From NCBI GenBank assembly GCA_028534125.1, contig CM052816.1:88476001-88540000 (forward strand): 64,000 nucleotides of DNA, given 5' to 3'. Every line of letters begins with the position of its first letter. Position 1 is the first letter of the stretch. A model generated the notes under the pieces. It searched no databases. It saw only the letters and a program-made list of their open reading frames with translations, and was not told where the DNA came from. Origin of the DNA: Lama glama. Taxonomy: Eukaryota. Shown one piece after another: positions 37,371 through 50,590 of the stretch. The translations under genes and the position numbers were made by a program.

Positions 37371-38765
37371 GCAATATTTTAGGGTTAATTTTTCACTTCC
37401 ATCAACATAGAAATTGTATGGAAAAATGTGTGGTAAGTTTTATTTCAGGCATGGGATGTTGCAGATGAGTTATTTAAAAACACATATGCCCTAGTTAGTT
37501 GTTTATCTTGTTAATATATGTTTAGGTTTTTATGATAACATGATTACTGTCATATTAATTATTCTAACAATAACCTTATGTTGATTAGAAAAACCTAAGA
37601 TCCAGTCTACTGTCATAATTTCTGTACACATTTTCCATGCAGTTATCAATATACTTTTCCTTGTTCTAGAAATATGAAAATCCTGTGAGGCCTTGATGCA
37701 TATGATGCATAATATGCAAGAAGATTATTTTATTCCATTTCAAACTGAAGGCATTGATAACAAACACACACAATCCAGTAAAATGAAAATGCACAATGTT
37801 AAATATCTTTGTAAGTAAAACATCTTTGAGTTGACTATATGTGAAAAGATATATTTTAATATAATTATATGTTTTATATTTGATTGAAGAGTCTTTCACC
37901 GTCTAGATGTAAAACTGTAGATAAAAATGACCCGAAGTATGCACATTAAATAAAAATATACTGCTTTCAAATCTCATACTCCTATTTCTTCAGTATCTCT
38001 AAATGTTCCATTTTGAGGAAAACTTTTTTACCGGATCATTAACTCCATTTCAAAATGGTATTTCATAGACTAATCAATACTGGATGAAAGTGTCACAGTC
38101 ACTATATTCATAATCATATGGCTAGAATTGCTGGTGACAGAAGTAACTGGCTAACTACCACTTCTTGACCTCTGAAAGTAAACAATCAAAATCTTACTAA
38201 AGAAAATAGTGCTATTTCTATAATATTTTCACTTGTCTTCCAGTTTAATAAAATACCAAATTCCCTAAGGATTTGCAGAAATAATTCACAAATGTCTATA
38301 TTCTTTGCGTTTTCTATCCTGCTGTCCTTATTTGAATGAGAATATAGACTATAGAAAGGTATGACATCAGGAATTTCAATTATATGATGAAAACTTCCTT
38401 GAACTCTTCAAAACAAATTATGTATAACACATTTACAGTATTAAAAGCTGCAAATGAACATACCTTGTTGAAGCTATGAATAATTCTTGAAAGAAATGTT
38501 TCATTGAATACTTTGCTTTAGCATGTTTACACTCAAAGCAATTTTTAAAAAAATGTGAAGACTAAAATTTATTAGTAAGAGGTTTCTTTCCATTTTGAAA
38601 ACTTGAAACTTTAACTGTTGAGTCTAATTAGTATAATGGCAAATGTTCACCATAGCATCATTTTGAACATAAAAGAGATAAGACCACTTTACTTGAAAAA
38701 CACTGAAATTCTGGGGAGACAAAAGATTTGGAGGAAGTAAATAATTAGAATAGTGTACGTGCTGT

Positions 38766-39323
38766 TGTTACCAAGGCTATTGCCCTGGAAACATACCCCT
38801 GCCCTTCCCTAGAATGGAAACTAATTGCTCTTATCTAAGTTTTAGGAGGAAGCAGCAAAGAGAAAAACAAGAACTGGTTAGAACCAACTGGGCTCAGTCA
38901 AGGTGGGGGATGATTTGACTTCCAGTAGACCTCAGCCCTTATTATGCTCTTATTGTAATACATTAGCATGCCAAGTGACACACCCATCAGCACCATGACA
39001 ATTGACAGTTGCCATGACAACAGCCAGAAAAGCTCATACAAGGACTCAAAAGCCAAACCACATCCTATTCTAGGATAAGTCATAAATATTTCTTCCACTC
39101 TCCAACTCCCTCCCTTTTCTCTCAACCCTCCTATACATGTGGTATCTCTGCCTGAATTGGGTTGAGAAGTTGATTTATCAACTAAGTTACCACTTCTCCA
39201 TTCTTTAACTGTGGAATAAAGCTTGTGTGAACCCAAGCAGAAAAAGAACCTCCCCAGATGAGGCAAAGGGTCTCGGTCCTGGTTAGGACTCCAGAACTGG
39301 TCCAGGCAACCAATTTGGTAACA
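38766..39323 (+). mobile_element. ERV1 solo LTR, MER41-like (558 bp)
   Basis: Perfect 9-bp terminal inverted repeats TGTTACCAA/TTGGTAACA. MER41 hallmark CATTAGCATGCCAAGTGACACACCCATCAGCACCATGACAATTGACAGTTGCCATGACAAC. AATAAA at 39215-39220. Confidence 0.88.
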
Positions 39324-41024
39324 TGGTCACAATCAGGCATCAGGAAGTCAATGAATGAGCCTATTTTTTATAAAATCTGAAGCAGAAAATTTTAGATAAT
39401 TGATTTGTTTTCAGATATCAAGTACATACACAGTATTTACCAACCAATGTTATAAAGGTACCGACTATTCAAAACAGATTTTAACATAATCATCTTAAAC
39501 CAATAATAATAAACTGAAAGAGTATACTCCTGTGTACTGATGAATTATCATCTTCTTTTTAGGATAATACAAGGATATTAGATATGAGTAATTAAATAAA
39601 ATCATACTAATGTACATATTTTACATATAATTTATATATAAATAAATAATTTATATATAATGTGTTAATTGTATATATACACACACATTTGAATGACATA
39701 TACTTTCTCCATTAGATTGATTTGATAATATCAGTATATTTCTGATTCTGTAGAGATGACGTATGACTGGTTTCTGCCATACCTGTTTAGGTACATCTAT
39801 AAATAACAGCAAAAATCAAAACTTGAAAACAAATAATAAAAGGAATTTGTTAATTAAGTTTCATAGTTAAGTAAACTTTTGAGTATGACCATTATAAATT
39901 GCCATAAATCAGTGAGGAAATAATGAGAGGTGGAGAGAGACAGAGAAATAGACATAGACACACATACACATAGTTTGTTTACTCACTTGACCTAGTTACA
40001 ACTCTTCACATTACCACACTTTTCTTTACTCTGAATAGTGTGACTTCACTTTTTCCCAGCAATATATTTGAAGCTATTTTCAAATGTAAATTTTAAATTT
40101 TCCCTTTCAAATACCTTTTTGAACTGTGTTTACAGTCCTTCTTTGTCACCTGAGGGTTCAAAAGGAATTCTTGGAATTGGGAGGTGCAGAATCTGTGGCT
40201 CTCTTGGGTGAAAAAAGAGAAACTCTAAATTTGGTTACAGACAAAGGAGAGGTAGTTACATTTGCTTCTTTTTTTCCAACATGCAAACTCAAGTTGGAAA
40301 TACTCATCTTTTTTTCCAAACTATCATCTGAGATTTTTATGGCAGCAAACTTCTAATAACTTACAGTCAATATTCTACTTATTTTCCCAGAGCTGATGAG
40401 ATCCTTGAGGACAGAAATTTTAGCATAATAATCAGCCCCTTTTGCAATATAGTTTGCATACAGAATATGAATAAGAGGACATAAATTTCATAAAGATGAA
40501 TTTTAAAGTGTAGATTACTATTCTCTAGTAAGATAATATTTTCATTTCCAGAGGGGGAACCACTTCCTACAGACCACCACAACTCAAGCAAGGATAAATA
40601 ACTCTTGGTTCTTTAAAGTTGTTCATTAAATCTCTTGAAATTCTACTAATAAAATATATTTAAAAAATACATTTAGATATTAAAATATAGAACTATGTTA
40701 ATACTTTTCTTGTGCATAGTCATTTAAAAATTATTATACATAAAGTTCTCATAATAGTAAAAATTAAAAACATACACATCCAGACCCAGCATCAAATATG
40801 TATTGGCAGTATTGTTAAGAGCTGAAGAAAAAAGTAATATATTCTTATAATGTTCCCTTGATATATGATATTATATGTTATATATTATGTATTATTCTTA
40901 TGTTTATTATATTCTTAAAATATTTTACAGCATTCAGACTTATGGATTTCATAACATGACTAAATTCTACACATACACATACTCTTACATGACCTTAATA
41001 CACATCTGTAAGTAAGAATGAATG

Positions 41025-41170
41025 GGAGGGGGCGGTATAGCTCAGTGGTAGAGCATGTGCTTAGCATGCACAAGGTCCTGAGTTCATCCCCAGTACCTCC
41101 ATTAAAATGAATAAATAAATCTAATTTCCCCCATATTAAAACAATTTAAAAGATTAAAAGTTTAAAAAAA
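41025..41170 (+). mobile_element. tRNA-Ala(AGC)-derived SINE (camelid Vic-1-like)
   Basis: A-box TAGCTCAGTGG at 41038-41048, anticodon arm TGTGC-TTAGCAT-GCACA, damaged B-box GAGTTCATCCC at 41080-41090, AT-rich tail, flanking direct repeat ATGAATG. Confidence 0.88.
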
Positions 41171-43939
41171 GGGGATGAATGATATATTTCTAAGATACAG
41201 AAAAATAATATAAATCAACACTGTTGCATAGTATTATCACTATTGAAAGACTACCTTTCAGAATGCCATAGGAATTTAATATTCATCATCTATTCACTTA
41301 AAAGAGGTTTAAGTTTCAGGAGCAACTTAGGAAAACAGACATTCATTTATGAGAAAATAAATAATGGGTGACAAATCAAAACTGAATAATAACATGAGTA
41401 CAATATTTGGGAAATATCATATATACATATTTCCAATTAACAAACACAGGGTATTATCCTTTTTTTAAGTGTGTCATGTGAAATACATATATCATTATGT
41501 TAAATGTTTGAGGGAAATAATTATTGGGCTCACCTATACTTTGTATAAATTAACTAGTTATCTGATACTAATTCAACATTCTTCATCCAAAATATTTAGG
41601 TCAAGATATTTTTCAGAATTCAGTTTTACCTAAAATATTAACGGAGTACATATGTCATGTATTAGAAAAAGATCAAGTAGGGTGTGAAGCATTACTCAGA
41701 ATCAAAAACATTAATATTTATACTAAATGTCATTTCTTAAGACTACAAATAGTATTATAGTTTATTTAATATTTACTTGTTGAATATTAAGTTTATAAAA
41801 ATATATGGGATAATTATAGACTATAGCTAATATAGTTTATGTTATTTCTAAGAGCAGTGCTTAAAAAGTAAACTAAATACTTGTACACATGCAATAAGTG
41901 TTAATTATCCCCTGGTTATTTGAGTCTTTGAAAAAAAGGTAAATCATTCTTGCCCCCTAAACTCACCATCTTGATAGAACTGGACATTTGATGATGGGAA
42001 AGATACAAGGTCCCTAATTATTAAATCTGTGCAGGAGAGTCTTTGTAAGGACCTCTTCCAATGGCATCTTCCTCATTAACATAAATTTCTACCTGCATTC
42101 TCGAGACCAAAGATTACATGAGCACATATTTTTATCATGCCAAAGATATTTCTTTTCAAATAGTTCACGTCGTGCCTAGCATCACTGCTGTCCTTTTTCA
42201 TTGCTATTTTAACTCCATATTCAGCAATTTCACTCTCTCTCAAGAAATGCATAAGCAATACTTTTTAAATGTGTACCGTGCTTTAGATGTTAGCTAAGTC
42301 TAACTTATTTTATACTTTCAGCTGAAAAACGTTGACATACTTAGCAGGGTTTTTTAATGATTTTCTCAGCAACACAAAATCCTTTGAAAGTCTAAAAGTT
42401 CATTCTCAAACATCAGTGAGTGCTAAAGACTGTACCAGGCATCTGCTCAGGGTGGCCCATCACACCATGATGAGTAACTGGGTTAGTAGCATTCTTAAAA
42501 ACTTTTATGAAGTCTTGGGCCAATAAATCTCTTAACTGTAGCAATCAATCAATCAATCAAAGTGATTATATATGTCATTCATAGATGATAAGTTCTTAGT
42601 TCCCAAGCAGTATTAGTATAGGTTTACACTGCCTGGAAGTTGCTGCTGAAAAGATTACACTTTGCAAAATTAGAAGATAATGTGTGGGGCAGGTTTTTTT
42701 AAATAATAAAATTTTACATTTATTCCCACCCGTTTTGCCTATAATAGTTGCTATTGGTCCAAGAAGCTAGAAAATATTTCACTTGCTACCCATGCTTTTA
42801 TGTTTTCATAAAAATGCTCATCTAACGTGTTTGTACCCTTTAAATATCTCAGATGTTGGCTTTCCCTAACATGAGCTGTAACTTTTTAATTCATGTGCCT
42901 GTAGCATTTGCATCCAGAAACTGTTACAGTGTGTTGAACGCCCTTAAATATTTTTTCTCAGCAATTATTATATTTTTGAAGAATATAGCCTTAAGCCAGA
43001 GGGGTTTCACTAGTAGTAGAAATTGTGTATTTTTAGCAATAATATTTTTAATAATAAATTTTTCAACGTATTTTAAGTTGCTGCAAGATTAGCATGTTTT
43101 TCACCATAAATTTTGCTTTTATACAATATGATTTTCCTTAAATTTCTGTATCTAGTCACCTGAATATTCACACTTGTTTTCAAATTTTGAATCCTCATGG
43201 TGTAACCTAACTCATTTCATAACAGACTATCTACTAAGTGACTTGTTCACTTACTCACTGAGTATGTACTCAGGTAAAACAAGGTCAAGATCTTCACTGT
43301 CTATCCTATTCAATGTTTCTCTGTTACCTTGGTTCTTGGTCATTGCTATCAGTGTAAAATTTCAGCAACCTAGCTCTGATTAAGTTTTACTTGGTAGTGT
43401 GCATCTCATTCAGTAAGACATCAAGAGAAGCACACCAGCATAATTCTTTTTTTTTTTTTTTATTCTGATAATACTGATGATGTCAACTATAACCTTGCCA
43501 TCTGGCCTTATTCATGCAAGTATTTTTATATATGTATTTTTTACATTTTTAGATTTTATCAGAATGATTAAGCAATATCACAAAGTAGGAATAATAGTAA
43601 TCTAAGTATGAGTAATTGGCATAGCATTTGTTTTTGGTAGGCATGCCGAGATCTAATAGTTCTCTCATGCTTGCTCAAGAAATTTGAGCACAAAACATAT
43701 AGATAAATAAAGAAAAAATCTTTCTCTTCCGAAAGCTTTTCCAACATCATTATTAAAAGTCAAGGGTATGCAGAAGTCATTTACTGTGTCAGTTAAATAA
43801 AATAAAAAGAAAACATTATATTCATTGCATTTGAAAAATTAATATAATTCCACAGTAAAGCTAAGAATTACAAGGAGTTTAAATTCTACCTATTAAAGTT
43901 ACTCTGCTAAGTTAATCTAAACCCTGAATTTAACAAATG

Positions 43940-44150
43940 AAGATAATAGCACATTTATAGACGCTGTTACATTTTACAGTTATACTCACTGATATCCTCT
44001 CATCTGACCCTAACAAAATCACTGTGAAGTAGGAGAGATAAATGTTACCATTATGTTCTTATGGATAAGGACAGAATGGTTGAAGGATTAGCTAGGGTGT
44101 CAAAGCACAAAGAAAAGGTAATTATTTGACTTTCAGTGTTTTAATATGAT
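43940..44150 (-). mobile_element. MIR SINE
   Basis: ATAGCACATTTATAGACGCT...TCATCTGACCCTAACAAAATCACTGTGAAGTAGG...CCATT...ATGGATAAGGACA. Confidence 0.7.
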
Positions 44151-44499
44151 ATTCTATCACACTCTCTGCAGCGCTTACTGGATTTGTCTTATACCAAATT
44201 GATTTTATAATTAAATAAAAATGAATGTGATTTACACATAGAAGAGCCATGAGACAATTTGTTATGCTATCTTATAAATCAGAAAAAAAATTGCATAGAC
44301 TGTGACCTTGCCTGGGAGTAAAATACATCATACCATAAATTTACATAAGATCTTAATCTCTTTGTAGATAATTTATTCATAAGTTTGTCCTATAGAAAAT
44401 AAATGCTGTACCACACTATTGGTTGCATCCAAGGTGTACATGATTAGAGTCCTTCTAATTACTGATCTATTTACAGATTACTCACTTCATTTAAAAGTC

Positions 44500-44777
44500 T
44501 TTTAGTTGTAAGATGAATGAGTTTTGGGGATCTAATGCACAGCAGGATAATTATAGTTAATAATACTGTATTATATACTTAAAAGTAGCTAAGAGGGTAG
44601 GTTTGAAATGTTCTCACTACACACACAAAAGTAACATTTATGTGACGTGATAAAGTATTAGCTAACGTTATAGTGGTAATTCTATTGCAATAAGTAAGTG
44701 TATCGAATCAACAGGTTGTATACCTTAAACTTACACAATGCATTGTGTCAATTATATCTCATTAAAGTGGGGAGAAA
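44500..44777 (+). mobile_element. L1MA9/10-like 3' end
   Basis: GTTGTAAGATGAATGAGTTTTGGGGATCTAATGCACAGC...TATACCTTAAACTTACACAATG..TGTCAATTATATCTCATTAAAG. Confidence 0.9.
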
Positions 44778-47489
44778 TCATCATTGCATAAATGAAAATT
44801 ATATGCTGAACCCTGTGTTCTGGATTGGGAGACAAACAAGTAGATTAGTTGCTATTAGTAAGAGCTCTATACTTGTCTAGAAATATAGGCATACGAATTG
44901 TTGCTAAGGAATAATACAATTTTCATAGGAAGATGAAACAAAATATTCCCAATCAAATAATCGTTAATGGCAGAGGTGTAATTCTACAAACTAAGGGTTA
45001 CTTCCCTTCCTTACAACTATGTCATTTTGTTTCCATAATATCTAGAACAACACACTATTTCTGAACAACTTAAATATTCAGAACTTAGTTATGCCATATT
45101 AAATGACCTGTATGCGTATTGATATTATGTAATCATTAAAAGCATGTTTTCAGTCAACATTTGAAGGCATGTAAAAATATAATGAATACACTGCCAAGTA
45201 ATATAACTAAATATACATTATTTGTTCAAAATGACTGAAGTTTTAAAAAATTAATTCCATGCCCACACAAACACATGCACTGTCAGGAATACTGATTGGA
45301 AAGACAAGCATCAAATTGATGTTTTCATAATGATGTTTCATAAAGGAAATATTAATAACCTTTGTTTTATTTCTTTTATTTGTTTTATTTTATTTTATTT
45401 TAATCTGTATTTCCCAAATTCTCAATGACTTTATAAATATTTCACTTAATGAAAAATATGTAAACACATGCAATTTTACCTGAAGTATTGGCTGCAGTTT
45501 CTCTTTTTTCATAGCACTAAAATTTTAATGGATAATTAAAATGAGGTCAGTCCAAAAGACTCGTTTTAACATAGTAGGGATAAAGGAGTTAAGTTTTGTA
45601 GTTTTCTATTAGAAGAGAAGAGGTGTTTGAAGAAATATTGGAACTGATGTCATTGACCTTTAATTAACTATATAAACATAAAAATATGTATTATGTTTCA
45701 AAGTAGTTATATATTATATATACAATGTATAATATGTTTATATATAATATGTAATGTAGCTTTCAATCAATGTATTCTCACAAATTTTTTCAGGTATAAT
45801 GTCTTATGCTTTATTTACATGGGATTAAAATGGAAAAAAGTTAAAAATAAAGTCACTGAGCTGTTAATATTGCAAAATGATGCCTTTAAGATTGCATGCT
45901 CAATGCTTTCAATTTAAAATGAAAGAAGCATCTCAGAATACCTATTTATAAACTCGAAAGGATGAATGCAATTAAAATAAATTGGCTGCTATAGGTTAAT
46001 TACCTTTTTCTTACATTTCTCGATATATCTTTTCTTTAAGCATAGGTTATAATTTCAGTCAATATAATCTTCTATAGAAATACCCATATGAGAACCAAGT
46101 TTTCACTAGACATTATTTACTCATGTCAATTTCAAACCGTTGGATCCCTTTTCACAAATCATTAATATAGTTCTCCATTATGCTCTTCAAAATTCTAATT
46201 TAAATAATCCTATTTCTGTCTGGTAGGCATTAAATCATGAATATGGAATGACTTCACCTGACTTCACTTGAAATTCACTTAATTTTCAACTCTGTTAGCT
46301 GTGAGGTGAGTAGAAAATAATTCAGTTCAAAATTGCAGTACAAGGTGTGCCTCTAGCCTAAGAAGAGAAACTCTTTATTCAGTGCCCTAAATTGAATTGT
46401 GATTTATCTCATAACTTTATGTAAGAGTGACTACATTCATATTATCAAAACATGTTTTTCTCTTTGTACCTGTTTTGTGGTTTATCAATTTCATGATTAT
46501 TTTATGATTATTTGTGACATCACAGATTGGTCAAGTTCCTGTACTTTGACTTAAATCAGGTAAATTTCAAGAGGGAAACTTGAACATTCTCCTCTTCTTC
46601 CTTCCCTCTACCTCCTCTCTCTCTCTTTTTCTCTCTCTGTCTTTTTAAAATCTAAAGCAAGCAGTACTTGTTAGTATCTTTTCATTTTTGTGATAAGAGA
46701 GATAAATAATGAATGATTTCCCCATTTTTAAATACATACATTATTTTTGAATACATTATCGGTGCATTGATAGTTGTATTAATTGGTACATGATCATCTT
46801 AAGATTTGACTATGCACTTCTGCTATCAGTAATTTACCTGATAGCAATGACCACACATATGTGCAAAATTATATAAGAAAATAATCAATTCAGTTTTATT
46901 TATAATAGTGACAGTTTGAAAATTCTCAGCAATTAGGAAAATGACTAGATTACTTCATATTCATATTTTAGCTAATTCAAATAAGGAGGTAGAAATATAG
47001 ACGCTAATTGAATATATCCATAATCCTTTCTTTATTGAATGAAAGCGGTTTCCCAAAACATTTTTATAGTCAGATTTCAATGATGTAAAAACAAAAACAA
47101 AGGAAAATTATCAGTTTGAGTATGGATTTGTATGATTATGCCTTTTGTTCAAATTATATAGAAACTGACATCAGCTCTTTAAATCACTGGAGACATAATT
47201 ATTCCTCCATGTTTATATTCCTTATTACATTCTTAAATTACATGTACAATACTCCAACAGGTCTGGTTTGTAGAAATATTTTAATGAATTATATGGTTTT
47301 TCTCCAACACATATTAACATGATAATAGCTGGCCCTCCCACTAACAGATTAACCTTATCCAGTAGATGTTTCATTTGTTCTCCAACTGTTTAACCATTTG
47401 TACAAATCCCTCCAAATAAATAATCGCACTCTTGTTCCTCTTACCAATTTTCCCATTAATATTTGAATATGTTTACCTCTTGATTTAAA

Positions 47490-48690
47490 AATAAATATTA
47501 AATTAAATGTGAAATGCCTTCTTCCTTTATTTCCTTGATGCTATGCATTCTGTTTTCCATCCTGCCTTTGTAGACAGACTTCTGATTGCCTTTTTAGGGC
47601 ACAGCCTGTCCCCTACATGTCAACATCTCCACAGCCTTAGCATCTGGTCCTCCCTTCCTTATCCACCTTCACTTTGCCTGAATTCTCATCCATTTCTGTG
47701 CCTTCAGTCATCATCTATTTGCTGATAACTCTTCTGCATCTCCCAACGAAGTGTTTTCCTTATATCCTAAACATTTTATACAATTTCTTACTAGGTGTTA
47801 TACTGGGACCTCAGCACTAATAACTACAAAATAAGTTTAATATCATGATAACATTCTGCCTGAAATACCAGAAAAAGTGAATCATCACCAAAAATGCCAG
47901 AACCCTAGCCCTAAATCTGGAACCCTTCTCTTCATCATTATATGTAATCAGTAATGAAACACTCAAATCTGTCTAGTCTACCATCTTAATACCTCTCAAA
48001 TATGTCCCAGTCTGTATCTCTCAAGAAACATCGTCTTCATTTAGGTTAATGTTTTCACCAGAATTACACGAAACTGCCTCCTAAAGCTCTTTCTCATTTT
48101 CGTTTTTACCTCACTTCACATCTCTAATATCTACCCTTTCCATGATAAAGCTCAAGGAATGTTTGTACAATGTAGTTTCCATGAAGCCACTGCTTCCGTG
48201 GTTCTATGAGTCCACACTGAGTCAGAAATAGAATGTAAACTGCTTTAATATTGCTGCAAATTGTGATTTCTTGGTTTGCCACCTTTTCCCTTTCCCATCT
48301 CAGATCTCTGTGTTCAGCCGGGTCCCACTGTATCGTTCTTCTAAATCAGTCCTAAATACAGTTTATTATAGATTTCCCCTCTACTTGTATTCTAATCCTT
48401 ACAGCTTCTGTAAATTGGAAAACTGTTAATTGTATCGAACTCCACTGAAAAGCCTCTACAATACAAGCCAGGTTAGACATCACTCTTGTGTACTTAAAAT
48501 CTTGCATATCTCCCTGTTACGATGCATATCGCATAATACTACAAATAGCTATCCACTCATTGCATGTCACCAGACAACAAGCACAGAATTAAAGCTCTAT
48601 TCATTATAAAATCTATTTTCACTGCCCAGCAATTCTTGTTACATAGTAGGTGCTCCTGAAATACTGTTTTAAAAAATGAGTGGATACATA
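47490..48690 (+). mobile_element. LINE-2 3' region
   Basis: CATCTATTTGCTGATAACTC (RT YADD-like region) and terminal ACATAGTAGGTGCTC..AAATACTGTT..AATGAGTGGAT. Confidence 0.75.
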
Positions 48691-48949
48691 AAAGAATGTT
48701 GTAAAAGCAATATATATTTGCCTTCCCTAGAAATGGATCAAACAGTTATAATAATCACAATGTGCACTCATAAATATATTGCCCTAAAAGATATCAGGTC
48801 TAAAATTAATCTTAATTAGCATGTACTTAATACACTTAGCAGAGTATAGCAGAAGTTATTCATCGTAAGAAGTCATTCAAACTATTCCATCTCACTTTAA
48901 GTATAAATATGATGAAATTAAAGTCACTCATTAGCACTTCTCTCATTGA

Positions 48950-49610
48950 GTTTTGAGGTCAGTTTTCCCTTTCCTTGAGTCTTGAGTGACCTGTAGCTGT
49001 TTTGACCTATTGACTATAACAGAAGTGGCAAGATACCCATTCCAGGCTTAGCATCCCCAAAATCAAGAAGAAGGATTTAAAGCAGTTCAGCTTGTGATTT
49101 ATTCAGTACTGATGCTGAGAAGACAACCCAAAGTGGAAAAGAAAAGGAGGTATTTGCTAAGAGGAAGAGTTGCCCTTATATAGAGAGAATGCCCTTAGAT
49201 GGATAATTCTGACTACGGGTTATCTATGGTAGACAAATTTAGGATCTATGGATTTTTGAGGCACAGATCCCCAGAGAATGTCAAGTATGACAAACAATTC
49301 CTCCAAAAAGGAATTGGAAATGCTTTATTAGTCCACTGTTCCTTCTGCATGTTGGATGTGAGCATAATGGACCAGGAAACAGTCCCTGATGTCCTAGAAC
49401 TCTGGTGGCTTTGCCTGAGTCTCCTCATTGACTAAATTATTAGTAACCACAAGCTCAATTAAGACGTACATCTGTGAGTCTGATTTAACAACCTAATTCT
49501 TTGTGTTACATCAATGATCTACAAACCTGTGTGATGTGAAAAAAAAAAGGTTGTGACTTTAAGTAGCTATGTTTTGGGGTTGTTTATTACACAGTAATAG
49601 ATAATCAGTA
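48950..49610 (+). mobile_element. MLT1-like LTR ends flanking an unassigned internal segment
   Basis: 5' TTTTGACC..AACAGAAGTGGCA..TTCCAGGCTTAG; 3' GTTTTGGGGTTGTTTATTACACAGTAATAGATAA. Confidence 0.5.
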
Positions 49611-50339
49611 AAATGAAGAAAATAGTTTTAATCTCTAATGAAAATACCTGAAGAAAAAAAGAAAGACACAACTACTGCTTTAATTTTGGTCTAAAAGCAG
49701 GGAATTTGATGTTGTGTAAACAACAAAATCTCTTAACAAATGAAAATAGTCTCATACTATAACTACAAATGTTTTAATAATTTAAGAAAAGTTGAAAACC
49801 CAGATGTGTTTTGCAAAATAGGTTCCATGATATAATGAAGCTGTGCATGTCAACACAATTATTAAATTAATTGTATTAATTTCATTTAAATTACTTAATT
49901 GCATTAAGAGTAGGGCAAATTAAGGTGCGTGACAGGTTTTGCACTACTGGTGCTTTTAAAATGGAGGACAAGTGCAACATTTTAACAGAGCATTACCAGC
50001 TGTGCACAGAATACTAGGGCTCTGGCAATAATCTCAGTGCAGCATACACTTTAAGGCACTTAATTTATCTCTTGCCAAGAGTAAGGCTGACCCTCACGCA
50101 TACTTGAAGTACTACTTGAGAGACATCTTATTGTAATAAAGACTGGTAAATAATAGGCCCCCTGGTATTGTTTTCTGTCCAAATGAACACCTAGCTAGAA
50201 AAAGGCCATATCAAGAGATCTAATTTTAATAACAAATTCTTAATCTTTGTCCATAATCCAATTTCTCATGAAAATTACAATGTCTACCAATAGAGAAAAA
50301 GTTATTTTAGGAATATGTTCTACCACTTATCAAAAGCAC

Positions 50340-50590
50340 ATTGCAGGGTTGGCTGCAGGGGACAAGCAAGAGCTCTCCTTCAGGACAGAGTCCTTCAGTG
50401 ACCCAGCAGCTGGGAATGTGGCTGACAGCTCAGCTCGTAGCTGAATTCTTTGCCAGGAACAGCCTTCAGCTTAGGGAGGTGCATAGACCAAAGCATGTGC
50501 CTTCCAGGAGAGGGAGCCTATGTCCTATGGCTGGTAAAATTTGGGCTATAAAGCCATGGTCCCCTTTACTCACACAGCTTGATGCTCTAT
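50340..50590 (+). mobile_element. ERVL LTR16-like fragment
   Basis: GGGAATGTGGCTGACAGCTCAGCT...CTTTGCCAGGAACAGCCTTCAGCT...GGCTATAAAGCC. Confidence 0.55.

Noticed and set aside
38898..39266. 122-aa minus-strand ORF
   Set aside because: Lies wholly in the antisense strand of an LTR.
41028..41101. Functional tRNA-Ala gene
   Set aside because: The B-box/T-loop has a deletion, the acceptor stem is imperfect, and it has a SINE-type tail and flanking repeat.
41560..41830. Possible Tigger/MER46-like DNA transposon
   Set aside because: Only faint resemblance; TIRs and a TA TSD could not be established.
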